A model generated the notes under the pieces. That model had not been told where the DNA came from, did not search any database, and saw only the letters and a list, made by a program, of their open reading frames with translations. Below, piece by piece: positions 25,581 through 39,583 of a stretch of DNA of 64,000 nt. Both the position numbers and the translations under genes were made by a program. Location: positions 54,808,001 through 54,872,000 of the forward strand of contig OX597815.1 of NCBI GenBank assembly GCA_951406725.2, in the 5' to 3' direction. The DNA is from Octopus vulgaris (lineage: Eukaryota). Within the stretch, counting starts at the first letter, position 1. Every line of letters begins with the position of its first letter.

Positions 25581-26360
25581 CTATTTTGAAGTAATCTTCC
25601 TTTCTGCTATAAGCACAATGCCTGAAATTTTGCAGGAGTAACTGGTTGATTTCATCAACCCCAGTGCTTTATTAGTGCTTATTTCATTGACCCCGAAAGG
25701 ATGAAAGATAAAGTCGACCTCTGCGGAATTTGAACTCAGAACGTAAAAACGAACTAAATACCACTAAGAACTTTGTTTGGCGTGCGAACGATTCTGCCAG
25801 CTAGCCGCCTTATTTTGAGGTAATATTAAAAGTAATTGCAACAGGAAAAGCACATAATCCCATTTTACGACACCTTCAGTGAGTTTCTTCAAGAATTCAC
25901 TATTTCATTGTGAGGGAAATTTGATACACGGAAACTTTCTATATCTGTGTCAGTTGCTCAAAGTGCGAGCCACACAGAAATATAATTTCGTTCGAGTTAA
26001 ACATAGGTGGAACTTGTCTTTCGTTTCCTACACGATCGATAAAATAAGTATTATACAAACTAGATATAATCTACACAAAATAGCTTAGGTGCGATGATCG
26101 AAACCGATAAAACAAACAATAGGCTTGCATAGATACATGTACATAATGAACACCGACATACATGTATGCTTATTTACATGCGTTCTTGTGCGCGCGTGCG
26201 AAGGTGTGTGTGCATATGCACGTTTATGTTTGTGTGAGTAAGGCATTTTACGAACAAACCCTCAAAATTAAAAAAAAAGATAATAGACGACTGTTGCACC
26301 ACATGTACGTTGGATGACTACGGAACCGATTAGGCAACAAAGATTGATGTTATATAAATA

Positions 26361-26695
26361 CGGGGTGGGCCTAAAGTCACGCACAAAACATTTGACATTT
26401 TATTTATATTACGTTATTATCATTATTGAGTGAGAGAGCAGAGCATGCCATCAAAGTGACACTGGGGTACAAATATATGAAGCCTAATATACCCATCATG
26501 GCTACCTGTCTGATAAGCACATGCATCACAACCATTTTCGTGCAACATGGGGATCTCATATCAAAATAAACAGAGCATGACCTTGCAGGTGGGGCCCAGT
26601 TAGAATTTTCTTCAGGTCGAGTAGCCCATCCTACTCAAGAGGTCCCTGAATAAGGTTTGTTTTAAGGATGATGAAGAAAACAAAACATTTTTATA

Positions 26696-26733
<38 letters not shown>

Positions 26734-26848
26734 GAATACATGTGTATTCATCATTATTTTATTGCTTTTATTCAACTTTAGAAACATTGAAGCATGTCAA
26801 GTCTGACGCGCATAGAACTATTTTGTGCATGACTTTTGGCCCACCTGG
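26361..26848. mobile_element. Tc1/mariner-like MITE containing a partial (TAA)n-type repeat
   Basis: TA-CGGGGTGGGCCTAAAGTCACGCAC ... GTGCATGACTTTTGGCCCACCTGG-TA imperfect TIRs. Confidence 0.55.
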
Positions 26849-26959
26849 TACTTACAAACGTTTTGCAGAATAAACTGACAGTATTACTTTCCCTTATATG
26901 ACACGAGAAACATTGATAGCTTCGTAGCAATTCAACCACAAGCGTACATGTACCGATCT

Positions 26960-27525
26960 TTTCTACGCTGGTGACAAGGCCCGAAATTTGGGGGAGGGGT
27001 CAGTCGATTAGATCGTAAATGAAATTAATTTATCGACCCCGAAAGGATGAAAGGTAAAGTCGAACTCAGCGGAATTTGAATTCAGAACGTAAAGACAGAC
27101 GAAATACCTATTTCTTTACTACCCACAAGGGGCTAAACACAGAGGGGACAAACAAGGACAGACAAACGAATTAAGTCGATTACATCGACCCCAGTGCGTA
27201 ACTGGTACTTAATTTATCGCCCCCGAAAGGATGAAAGGCAAAGTCGACCTCGGCGGAATTTGAACTCAGAACGTAGCGGTAGACGAAATACCTATTTCTT
27301 TATTACCCACAAGGGGCTAAACATAGAGGGGACAAACAAGGACAGACATAGGTATTAAGTCGATTACATCGACCCCAGTGTGTAACTGGTACTTAATTTA
27401 TCGACCCCGAAAGGATGAAAGGCAAAGTCGACCTCGGCGGAATCTGAACTCAGTATGTAGCGGTAGACGAAATACCGCTAAGCATTTTGCCCGGCGTGCT
27501 AACGTCTTTGCCAGCTCGCCGCCTT
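26960..27525 (-). mobile_element. Triple tandem/nested SINE, 184-bp period
   Basis: Junction GACGAAATACC|TATTTCTTTA at 27108 and 27292; the single full head ends near 27525. Confidence 0.85.
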
Positions 27526-27900
27526 GATATAAAGATATTAATGATGGACTATCAATCCGGGCAAAATGCTTTATATGTTCTCTCTTAATACAAATACATC
27601 ACGCTAACAATCTTTTGGTATTTAGATTAGTTAAAAATTCCGCATATGCGCTCCAAGGTTCATCACCATTCTGTAATAGTAAATCTACAGTTGCATTCTC
27701 ATTTAAATTGGTTCTTTACAGAGAGTTGTATATAAGACGGTATAATAATGGTCTTTACATATTCCTTTATTATTGCAACAATAAAAGAATATAAGACCCT
27801 TTTTTATACCTCGTCTTATATACCTTACATAAATATATACCTTACATAAAATATACACATAAACATTCAAACTGACAGACAGACAGACAGACAGACAGAC

Positions 27901-27997
<97 letters not shown>

Positions 27998-28192
27998 CCA
28001 TGATTCAAAAATCTTTTAATCATTTCTATAAATCTGCTACCGACTGACGTCAGTTGAGCTTTTCATTCTCTGAATACTAATTAGATCAGCATATTTACCT
28101 TCACAAGTAATGCCAAAATTTGCATAAGTGATGGTATATATTCAAATTAGATGCTCTAAACGATATTAAGAACGCTTTAGGAATGGATATAA

Positions 28193-28480
28193 TCGTGACA
28201 CTCCGTCGATTAGGGTTCTAGTTGATCCGATTAACGGAACAGCCTGCTCGTGAAATTAACGTGCAAGTGACTGAGCACTCCGCAGACACGTGTACCCTTA
28301 ACGTAGTTCTCGGGGAGATTCAGCGTGGTACAGAGTGTGACAAGGCTGGCCCTTTGAAATACAGGTAAAACAAACAGTGAGAGAAAGTTGTGGTGAAAGA
28401 GTACACCAGGCTCCCCTCCACCCGCCGAAGCCTCATAGAGCTTTAGGTGTTTTCGCTAAGCAAACACTCACAACGCTCAC
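28193..28480 (-). mobile_element. tRNA-derived SINE, third family (fuller copy at 55153-55520)
   Basis: Shared CAGCCTGCTCGTGAAATTAACG...GGGGAGATTCAGCGTG; the 55153 copy has an AGTGGTTAGGGCAGCGGACTCG head on minus. Confidence 0.7.
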
Positions 28481-29519
28481 AACTTTTCTCAACAACGCTA
28501 AGAGTAAAAGATGTTCTATATGACACATTCTCCCAATATCCGAAGTTTCAAAGTGTTTAGTTAAAGAAAATTAATTAATCGAGCTACCCATGAAAAGGAA
28601 ACTATCCTAAGATATATTTACAATCACCGTAAACTTTGCCATATTTGTTTTTTACTCCAGCAAATGCTTGAAATAAGGTTTAAGTCTATACGTGTCTCAT
28701 AAGTCTATAACCGACTTTATGGACAAAATATAGATTAGCAAAAATCCAGAATGTAAATATACTATATGTTGAAATGATATAGGTCATAACACTTCAGTGG
28801 AACACTTGCATTAACAACATTCAATATATCTGCTAAAAATTACCTGCGTAATTTAGTTTTGTGCTCTGATTTCAAAACTCATTGCAAATGATTTCTACTG
28901 ATAAAATACGTGTCAGCCCAGTATCACAGTTGATTTTAACAATTATCCCCCAACACACACACACACTAAAATTTGAGACTGCGTACCTATATTTGAAATC
29001 AATACATTTCAGTTTAGTAGCGTTCCAGTCACTTGTTTATGAAGCATCAGCTGTTATATTAATATCTTATATTTTAAATTATCAATATTACGGTGTATAT
29101 GTCGGCCTACAAGCTGGCAGAATCGTTACCGCACCAGACAAACAACTTAGCGGCATTTTTTCCATGCTGACGTTCTGAGTTCAAATGTCGCCGAGGATTG
29201 ATATTGCCTCTCATAGCTTCGGAGTCGATGAAATAAGTACCAGTTGAGACTAGGGGGCGATGTAATTGATTTACCACTACCCCAGAAATTGCTGGCCTTT
29301 TGCAAAAACTTTGAAACCAGTATTACAGTCTACGTGAGGGTGGCAGAATAGATAAAATGACCTCACGCTAATGTAATGGTCTCGTAGTAGACGATTTTGG
29401 ACTTATTTCTGAATTTATTTTCCATCTTTGTCTTTCATCACTTTGTAATGAATAAAGTAGCTAATTATCCGCTGGGAATTAACTTTGCACAATCCCAAAT
29501 TAAGTTTTAAAATTTTATT

Positions 29520-29905
29520 TTCTACTCTAGGCACAAGGCTCGAAATTTTGGGGGAGGGGCCAGTCGATTAGATCTACCCCAGTATGCAACTGGTACTTAA
29601 TTTATCGACCCCAAAAGGATGAAAGGCGAAGTCGACCTCGGTGGAATTTGAACTCAGAACGTAAAGACAGACGAAATACCTATCTCTTTACTACCCACAA
29701 GGGGCTAAACACAGAGGGGACAAACAAGGACAGACAAACGAATTAAGTTGATTACATCGACCCCAGTGCGTAACTGGTACTTAATTTATCGACCCCGAAA
29801 GGATGAAAGGCAAAGTCGACCTCGGCGGAATTTGAACTCAGAACGTAACGGCAGACGAAAAACCGCTAAGCATTTTGCCCGGAGTGCTAACGTTTCTGCC
29901 TGCTC
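29520..29905 (-). mobile_element. Double tandem/nested SINE
   Basis: Same junction GACGAAATACC|TAT at 29680 as in 26960-27525. Confidence 0.8.
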
Positions 29906-30611
29906 TTCCTTTGGAAAGATTAATTATATATTTAATTTCAATATAAAAAAATTATTATAATTGTAAGGACTTCACAGAAACATATATTCCTTTACGTTGT
30001 GTTGCACCATATGTTTATCATCTTGTATTGATAGAGGAACACTTGGCATGTTGGCTGGTGCCTAGCTTAAAATGTCGACACTTATACTGAAATTTAAGGT
30101 AACTGACTTCGCTGGCTTTTACTATTATATGCTAAGGAAAAGGAAACGAATTAGGGTATAGTATGCCAACTGATAGGAAAATATAAACAAACCTAACAGG
30201 ATGTGCTCTATAATTGCTCTATAATTTTCAAATTAACACATGTTTGCACCAGTTTGAACTGGAATTATGATTTTGACTACCTTCTGCTTGTATTCGAAAT
30301 TGTAATCGGATAAGATATTTTGGTTGATTTTTTTTTTCTAATGTATTATTGATTTTAGTTGGGGTGAACCATTTTGCAAATGTATAGATACGTTAACTAC
30401 GAGATAAAGTTAAATAAAATTCCCCATATTATTCTATATGATGTGCGAATCATATTACCATAATTCCTAGTATTTATTTGTAATAAACGACTGTTTTATA
30501 GTAACAGAAATGTTCTTAAAATAAAAATGTATAAAAATTATGGCTAGTTAATACTTTCGTTTCCTATACGGCGCTGAACGTCAGTTCGTGTAATCTATTT
30601 ATATAAAAGAG

Positions 30612-30681
<70 letters not shown>

Positions 30682-31014
30682 TATTCCTTATGCATTCGGA
30701 AACTGAGTTGCCAATTTTGACGTATGGGGTGTCAAAAGATTCAGTAATCTTTCGGCAATTAAATAAACTTTATTTTTATTTACATATTCTCTACGTTATC
30801 TCAACAACCAGCTTTAGTTATTTGAAAGACACTGCTCTACAACGACCCGGTTTCATGAGAAAGTGAAAATAGTTTCATGCTTTCAATTTGAACCAAAATT
30901 ACAAAGTGCTGCACTACGAGAGTGACTATGTGTGAATAATGAAAGTAATGCTTCTCCAAATTAGTTACACCTGTACTATAATAAAGAAAGCTGCTTATTA
31001 TCTATCTATATATA

Positions 31015-33125
31015 TTGAGTCATCTCATAAGTACTGCGGTTTTTTCAATTGCGTGAACTAAAAGTCGGAGGGGGACGGGATAAACTACCTGCATCAACTT
31101 GCTATGAAAGCTGGTTATAATTTTACCTTGTCCTTATTCTTACTGCAAGTCGTATTTTTTAAAGGTGTATTGAGTTATATTGAAGTGTTAATTTTTGTGC
31201 TGCTTTGTAGTGGTTTACCGGTTATGCTTTCTCTCTGTTTCAAGAGAGATAGCGATGGCTAATGAAAAAATGTTCTATTCGGACCTTAGCGGGTCGGAAT
31301 TGTCCACTTCAGAGGAGGAATTAGTGAAGGCAGAAATCCGAATGGACACATGTCTTGGGAAAAAAAGAACTTAGCTGAGATAACGGGGTTAAAAAAGAAA
31401 TAAAATAGACTTGTCTATAATGGAAGAACATCAAAAAATGGCACATAAAGTAGGTGGTGACGTGAAGTTGTCGCCTCCACAGAAAGTTATGGAGGACATG
31501 ATAAAGAGAACCAGTGTTTATAAAGTTTATTCAGTGGAACAGAAAAAGGTAGACCAAGTAGAAGCCGAAACAATTGAGAAGGCGTTGTACATGGTATCTA
31601 AGGATATGGTGTTTTTGGCAAGAGGAAGCAAATATGGGTCGGTAGTGATCCAGTTCAAGACGGAGGAGGTAGCAAGGAGGCTGGCTGTAAACACGGTGAA
31701 GTCGAATAAAGTGGTCCTTCTACCTATGTGTCTTGGAAGGAGGACATGCAAGATCAGGGTAGAAAGAATCTCGCCAGACATAGATGTGGCTTGGGTTGTC
31801 CTCCTTGGAAGTGAGGAGGAAGTGACCGTCCTCCAAGCCGTGGAAACGGAGGAGGTGATGTGGAAAGGAAAAAACATTAGAACTTACTGTTCAGGCTGAA
31901 GTATAACCCTTGGAAGACTTGACGAAGACAGTGACTGTAGGAGACATAATCTTGAGAGTGTGGAGGAGGGCAGAATCCCACGCTGTTTTAATTGTGGCGA
32001 AAAGGGCACACTTCCCTCTGCAGAAGCATAGCCTGGGAAAAGTGGATAAAGAGTCGGAGAACCAAGAGGAGGTACAAATGGAAGAAAGGAAAAAGGAAGA
32101 ATTATGGACAGTGACAGAGGGGAGAAGGAAAAAGAGGAAGAAAGGACAGTGTGATGTGGAACCCCAAGCGATCCCCGCTCCACCCATAACCTCTCAGAGC
32201 CACCCTCTCCCCTCAGACACCAAACTCACCCATTCCCTTCTTTCACGATGTAAAAAAAGAAACAGACATCACAAGATACACAAAAGGTGGAAGACAGCAA
32301 AATTTGTGGATGCGGAGGGATATACTGATGTTGTAGGTTGGCACATGTGTGTGCTGGCGTCTCAGAGTCAGAAGGAAGTGATTGAAAAATATAAAAAAGG
32401 TTATAAGTATTGGAAGACTTATGTGAACTTGAAAAGGATACCGGTAAAAGTAGGATATGAGGAACTGAAAGAAAAATTCGGATTGGACGTTTTGAAGGAC
32501 TCGGGATTCAGAAGGAAGTAAGTGTTGCTGCTTGAGGTGGGGCAAGCAGCTCATTTTCATGTTTCATTTATGTTACCATATTTTTAATTATATTTTTAAC
32601 TTAATTTCTTTTTTTTCGTGTTATGTGTCCCCACATGTTTTTGTGTTGTCCCCTCTATGTCGGCCCTTGTGGATAATTAAAAATTCCTTATTCTTAGTGC
32701 AAGTTTTGAAGAGTGCAATTCGATCTTAACAGCAATTTTTTTAAAGATATAATGGAACTGACAAAGGAACATATTCGGCATATTTTGCTTTATGAGTTCA
32801 ATAAAGGCATCAACGCAACGGAAAGTGAGAGAAATATTAATGCAGTATATCGGGATCGGATAATAAGCGTAAACCAGTCTCAACTGTGGTTCCAGGAATT
32901 ACAATCCGGAAATTACAGCCTAGAAGACAAGCCTCATCCTGGAAGATCTGTAGAGCTCGACGAGGACGTCCTGCAAACCCAGGTGGAACAGAATTCCATC
33001 GTAACTGTTGAGGAACTAGCAGAGAAGTTTTGATTTAATCGTTGAACCAGTCATTCAATTCAGCGATAGAAGGAAAACGACCATTTTTGGTTTCTTCTAT
33101 TAGGGTAATGCTCGGCCACATCCAT
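31015..33125 (+). mobile_element. Truncated mariner interrupted in its 5' leader by an ORF1-only element
   Basis: TA + TTGAGTCATCTCATAAG terminus; transposase N-terminus MELTKEHIRHILLYEFNKG...WFQ...LEDKPHPGR from 32752. Confidence 0.85.
31151..32684 (+). mobile_element. ORF1/Gag-only non-autonomous retroposon, copy 2 (frameshifted)
   Basis: 20-bp TSD TCCTTATTCTTA(C/G)TGCAAGT at 31131-31150 and 32685-32704. RGSKYGSVVIQF..LLPMCLGRR is homologous to the 13110 ORF; EGRIPRCFNCGEKG is a knuckle remnant. Confidence 0.85.
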
Positions 33126-34889
33126 TTTTCTATATGTTACGAGGAAATACAATCACTCTCTCTCTTTCTTTCACACACATACACACACACGCACATGCAC
33201 GTGTATTTATGTACGTGTGTATGAAAGATAATGTGTGTGTGTGTGACAGAGAGAGAGAGAGCGAGTGAGTGCCACTTACACATACATGCAAAAAAATACA
33301 TACATGACAACACACACCTTCACTCACTTATTCTCTCTCTCTCTCTCCCTCACGCACGCGCGCGCGCCTATTACATATACACGTACATACATCTTTCACT
33401 TTCTCCTCTCTTTCAATTTCTGCTCTCTTTAAAGCATAAAGAAATAAAAAACAATTACAGAAATTAACGACCATATGATCGAGTTGATAACTTTGCTGCT
33501 TCAAACTAAAGAATGCCATAAAATAACTTCCTTTCACACACACACACACACACACTTTGGGTAAAACGTCTGTACGAATTATGCTTTTTTCTTGCTGTGT
33601 GCACGCGCAAAATTACACCTCAAATCCAGGTTATTTCTAGCATGTCCAAGATGACATTTGCGCCCCCCCCCCCACTTATTTTTTTCCTAAATTTCTTCCG
33701 ATTCCTATATTTTCTATACAGGAGATTAGGATTTCGCCCGAAAAACACGTTCTCAATATTTTTTCTCCCTCCCCACTTCAATTTCTTCACTTTTACTTTT
33801 TCCAATTTTTTTCTTGGTAATCAACGGAGAAAAGAACAGATTACGAATCTTTAAGAATTTTCTTCCTTTTTTCTTAAAAAACTCTAAAATCTCATTCCCA
33901 CACATTCACCCAATACTTCACCACTTTCAAAAAGCTACAAACTCCCAATGTCTTACTATTAGCTTTTTGAAAAGCGGGTAAGTTTCTTCAGAAACAATGT
34001 CGTTTACCTGTTGCTTCTAGCATGTCGGGTTTTTTGGTGGTGATCTGGTATATTTTACACCTGCTATTTCAGTACAATGCGTGAAACATCAGACGAAAGT
34101 GAATCATTGGGAGTTTTTAGCGTTTTGAAAGCAGGTAAGTGATGGATGGACGACGTGGGGGAAGGGACATTGAATGTTTCATTAAGAAAAATTAAACTTC
34201 AAAAAATATATATATTTCCCAGATTCGTTATCTCTGTATTTTTCTACGTGGATAAAAAAAAATAATTCGTAAAAAGTTAGAAATTAAGAAATTAACTTCC
34301 ATTAATCCAGTAATCCAGTTCACTATATATCAACTGTGCCGATTCTGCCCATAAGAAAGGAACAAATGATACAATGTGGCTGTAGGTCATAACACGCGGT
34401 CAACGCTGGGATGCATTGCAAGAGATAAATAAATCATACGCCTCCCTGCTCACTGTACTTCGGCTAATAATTTTTGGCAGTACTTAAAACCTGCGATTTG
34501 CAGTGTTGGCTTTCCGTTTTAACAAACAGCTACTTTTTACGGTTTTTGCTACTGTTGTTTACAGTATTCATCACAATACGCGCAGTTATGTGGACTCGGC
34601 CTTTAAAAATTAAGTATACTTAACATGGTCACAAGGTAGTACCAGCCAGTACTGTTGAACCACAGATCTCTAAGTTTGTTGTCCAGTATGACCAATCCAC
34701 ACTCAAATTACAGAGCTCATAATATATGATCACAATCGAAAATTAAAAATAGCAAAAAAAAATCAATCTAAAAATTATTATCAGCGTTTATCACATCGAT
34801 ACACAAAATAATGGTTTCTTTTTGCTGAGAGACACATATATTTTAAAAGAAGTGAAAGGATAAAATGTAACAACCGTAATCTGGAGACT

Positions 34890-35345
34890 GCGATCAAACA
34901 GTGGCTGGAGAGGATTGCTGCTAGAAGGCTATATGTGTAGCAGCAGATTTCAGTTCCTCGCAATACCTCCGGAAAGAGTCAGAAATGTTGTCGAAGAATT
35001 TCCACGACTTCACCAGCCCCAATTTGTGGCCTCCTAATTCCTCCAATTGTAATCGCATGGATTACTATGTATAGGTGCAGTTGAGAAAGATACCAACCGC
35101 TCTACCTGCAACACCAAGGCCGAACTGGTAGCCAAGATCAAGGAGGTTTTCGAAGATTTTCCCAGAAACACAGTGAGGAACGCATGCACCAGGCTCCGGA
35201 GCTGTCTTGAGGCCGTGATGGAAGCTAAGGGCGACTACCTTGAGTAAACTGTTATTTTCCAACCATAATCTAGTTATGTGTTCCGCCACCTTTTTTCACT
35301 TGCAATAAATTTACATTATTTTCAAAATTTCGCGGCACACCTGAA
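34890..35345 (+). mobile_element. Tc1/mariner superfamily (DD37D-like) transposase C-terminal fragment
   Basis: LWPPNSSNCNRMDYYV resembles WPPNSPDLNPLDYYVW. Confidence 0.65.
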
Positions 35346-35699
35346 CTAAAAGTATGGCGGGGGGAATTATATTCAGATTACATTGCAGCATACCTAGCAT
35401 CGTCGCGTGGCACACCAGTGTGCCGCGGCATACCGGTCGCGAAGATCTGATCTAGTTGATATGTTTTGATATTTTTTTAAAACATTTTTATTTTCGGATG
35501 AGATATTGTGCTTTCTTTTCCCTTTTTAGTAAGGAATCAAATTTAGCCCGAACACCCTGTAAAATCCAAAGTTGCAACATTGTTGTGCAAATGGAAAATT
35601 CAACCCACCTGCAACATTTTTGAATTTTAATTAAAGAATCTTTGATTTCTAACGAAACCACTTCGAATAGTACCACCTACAATTGAAACATGGTTTCAA

Positions 35700-37110
35700 A
35701 CAGAGATCGTGCATACACCCGAAGAGTTCAATTTACTGCGTATCACCTTCTGCCAAGTAAAATATTACCTGTCGCATATCGACCAGCATCCTTTAACAAG
35801 ATTTACATCCATGATGCAGATGCTGAAACTGTTTATCTAATGTGCATTTAAATAAATAATTCTACTGGACCTGTATAAGCATAATGAGTTCTTAAACATT
35901 TATATAGAACATATCATTTCTCTCAGTACTGTGACATACTATATTTCAGTTTGTCATTGTTTTAGATTTTACTAGAAAATAGGGTAGAGCTACTACTTTT
36001 GAAATAGCAGTAGTTTTACTTTGAGAGAAAATTACAATGAACATTGTGGCATTATTGTACACAAATGCGATCCAGGTTTGCAGTGACTTAGCCATCTGAA
36101 TTACGATCCATTGCACTTCGTCCTCTTTTCCTTGAGAGAGAAAAGGGTGCAACGTGGAATATCATATACAACAACAATCCAAAAGTATTTTTTTAGTCTT
36201 GGAGAAAAAATATTTCAACTAAACACATTGAGTTATGAAGCACATTGGAATAAATCAATCCTCACTTTTACATCAACTGGGTTGGTGCATGTTTTTGCAT
36301 AATTTTTCTATAGCTCATTCACCTTTCCATAATGCTCTAACAGTGATTCTGTTTGCAGCAATGGATTTAACTGCAAGCTAGAGAGATTAATCAGCTTCAT
36401 CTGTTGAAATGAAGTACCACAAACATTTTGGAATGTTTGAGAAACTTTTGATTTGATGTTTAAGAATATGGAGTTGCTATGCGATTTTCTACAAAACTTT
36501 TTTCTTAAAGAAAGCTAGCGGGAGAGCTATTATGAACATATTTATGACTATTCTTCATTCTGATGCAGAATAGTAAAATCAAACCTACTATGAATACAAC
36601 TGGACGACTCTGATGGCAAAATTGATCTTCCAAATTGTGTTGAGGCTATATCAAATTAAAATGAAATAATAAATCAAGTTTTTGACAGCCCATTGAATAC
36701 TATAAAATTCAGAAGTCGAGCAATATGAGCCACTACAAATATTGTTGATTCTACAAATAAAGAAATTATCAACATATTTCATAGAGAAATGTCATAAAAT
36801 TACTGGTTCCTAATGAAAAAAATTTTTAAGTTATCCAATGGCGTTTTTTAAAAACTATCTTTGGTGGGGGAAGCCTTGGTGTTAAATACTGTTTCCAAAA
36901 CTAATTGACGTTACAATGGAATAAAATGCGAATAATCCTTTTGAGTAAACACGATAGTGGACAACAATATCTAAGAATGTATCTCAGAATAAAAGAAAAC
37001 ATGTCAATGCGACGCGAAAACTATTAACCTTTATGCGATTTACACGATTACAGATTCCAGTTCGAGTGGTTTGCACAATAACAGTCAATAAATTCTTCCC
37101 AACCGATCTA
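35700..37110 (+). pseudogene. Highly decayed Helitron RepHel remnant
   Basis: FNKIYIHD (~35792) and FPVRVVCTITVNK (~37055) resemble FAQIYIYD and Pif1 FPVRLAFAMTINK. Confidence 0.45.
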
Positions 37111-37128
37111 TTTACGCATAGAAAATTA

Positions 37129-38614
37129 CACAGTGGCCCGCAAAAGTTTACAAGCACGGTTAAAAATCCAAATTTACGGATACTGAGTTAACGCAGGTTA
37201 ATGAAATTTCCACCATTTATGAAGTTTTTTGTAATAAATTCAATGCAACAGTCATAATTACATAATAAGGAAGAGAAAAGTTTTATATGGAAAAAGTTGA
37301 AATTCAAAACACAAAAGCTTACAACACATTTGTACAGTCAAATCAGTATTTAGTTGCATAACCCTTGTTGATGATGAGAGCTTGCAGGTGCTTTGAATAG
37401 TCTCCTAAATACGTTTTACATGTGGTGGGGCTTATTTTTCCCCATTCTTCAACTTAAATTCTTTTCAATTCTTATAAGTTGCGAGGGTTTCTTTTTTGAA
37501 GTCTGAGTTTCAATTGTTTCCACAAATTTTCGATTCCAGTACATCAATCCCATTTGTTTTCAGCCAATTCTTAGTCAGCTTAGCCGTGTGCTTTGAACCG
37601 ATACCCTGTTGAAAGGCCCATCCTTGTTCCAAGTTTAGGGAGCAAGCACTAGGTATTTAACAACTCTGTAAAATCCCCCTCTATTTTTCGCCATCCATTG
37701 TTCCTTCAGTTACCTCCATTCTTCCAACACCTGATGAGCAAAACAAGCCCGAACCATTACTGATCCGCCTCCGAATTTGACTGTAGGAATAGTACTCTTT
37801 GGCATGTATTCCGTGCCGTTCTTTCTCCAAACCTCACAGATCGAATTTTTGCTGAAAAGTTCAATCTTAGTTTTGTCAGACCAAGCTACGTTTTCCCAAT
37901 ATGCTGTCCGTTCATTTAGATGTTTTTTTGCAGAGGCCAAACGAGCTTTTGGGGTCTTTCTTGGAGAAAGAGAAAAGAGATAATAACAACGAAGTGATCT
38001 ACAAATTGTATCCATGCTCACATGCACTTCACAGTTCTTCCTGCAGCTCTTTGAGTGTAGTTTGTGGTCTGTCATTAGCTGTTCTTGCAAGTTTTCTTAC
38101 TGTACGCTCTGCTAACTTACGTGAGCGACCGAAGCGGACTAGAGAGAAAATGGAATTACAAGATTTCCAGTTACGTATTATCGCCCCAACTGAACTCAGA
38201 GGTCTTTCTGTACCGATTACCACTTTTATGAAGGTCAACAATACGCTCGCAGAGGTCCTGACTAATTTCTTTATTTTTACCCATGATGCTGATGTTCACT
38301 CTACGGTGATATTCGTCAGAACTGGTGCAATGGATATAAATGCCCACAGACGAAACTCCTCGAATCTTCTAGAACATTCATTTTAATTCAAAATGTCTGG
38401 AAAATTATTCAATTAAGTTAAATGTATTGTAAACTTGTGCGTCTTGAATTTCAGCTTCTTTTAATATAAATTTTTTTCCGTTCATTATTATGTACTTCTG
38501 ATTGTTGCATTGAATTTATCACAAAAAACTTCATAAATGGTGGAAATTTTATTAACTTGCGTTAACTCAATATATGACTATTAACTCAATATAAGACTTT
38601 TGCGGGTCACTTTG
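37129..38614 (-). mobile_element. Tc1-type transposon with long TIRs, disrupted
   Basis: ~200-bp inverted termini with TA TSD; GRSRKL, PQTTLKEL, WSDKTKIELF, TVKFGGGSVMV. Confidence 0.9.
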
Positions 38615-38920
38615 TATATTTGTCTGAACTACACAGGGTGCTACAGATATAGTGGCAATGACAACAAATAAATTCTTAAATATTGTTTCCTCTGAAGTGT
38701 CCCAGTACCAAATTTTTTTAAACTTCTATGTTAAATACATCTATACTTAATTCAGACAGAATGTGTATATGTGTGTGTGTCTGTATACGTATGTATGTAT
38801 GTATGTATGTATGTATGTATGTGTGTGTGTACATGCATGCTGCATGTGTACATATACGTACTAGTATACTTCCTATTATTATCTTATGATTGTGACACTC
38901 TAAATTTTAGTAGTAGTAGT

Positions 38921-38990
<70 letters not shown>

Positions 38991-39583
38991 AGGCGACGAT
39001 CTGACAGAATCGTTAGCACGCAGGGCGAAATGCTTAGCAGTATTTCGTCTTCCGCTACGTTCTGAGTCCAGATTCCGCCAAGGTCGACCTTGCCGTTCGT
39101 CCTTTCGGGATCGATAAATTAAGTACCAGTGAAACACTGAGATCGATATAATCGACTAGTATCCTCCCCGAAAATATCAGGTCTTGTGCCTATAGTAGAA
39201 AAGATTATCATTATCATTAGTAGTAGTAAGGGGGCGAACTGGCAGAATCGTTAGTTCTAAGTTCAAATTCCCCCGAGGGCGACTTCGCCTTTCATCCTTT
39301 CGGGGTCGATAAATTAAGTACTAGAGAAACACTGGGGTCGATGTAATCGACTAATCCCCTCCCCGCAAACTTCAGGCCTTGTGCCTCAAATAGAAAGGAT
39401 TTTTTTAAGGCGTAGCTGTGTAGTAAGAAGCTTCCCAAGCACATGGCTCCGGGTTCAGTCCCACTGCGTGGCACCTTAGGCAATTGTCTTCTACTATAGC
39501 CTCGGCCGCCCAAAGCCTTGTGAGTGAATTTGGGAGACGGAAACTGAAAGAATCCGTCGTATATATATATATATATATATATA

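Noticed and set aside
33810-34270. Degenerate inverted repeat
   Set aside because: Too decayed to define termini or TSD; probably an old MITE.
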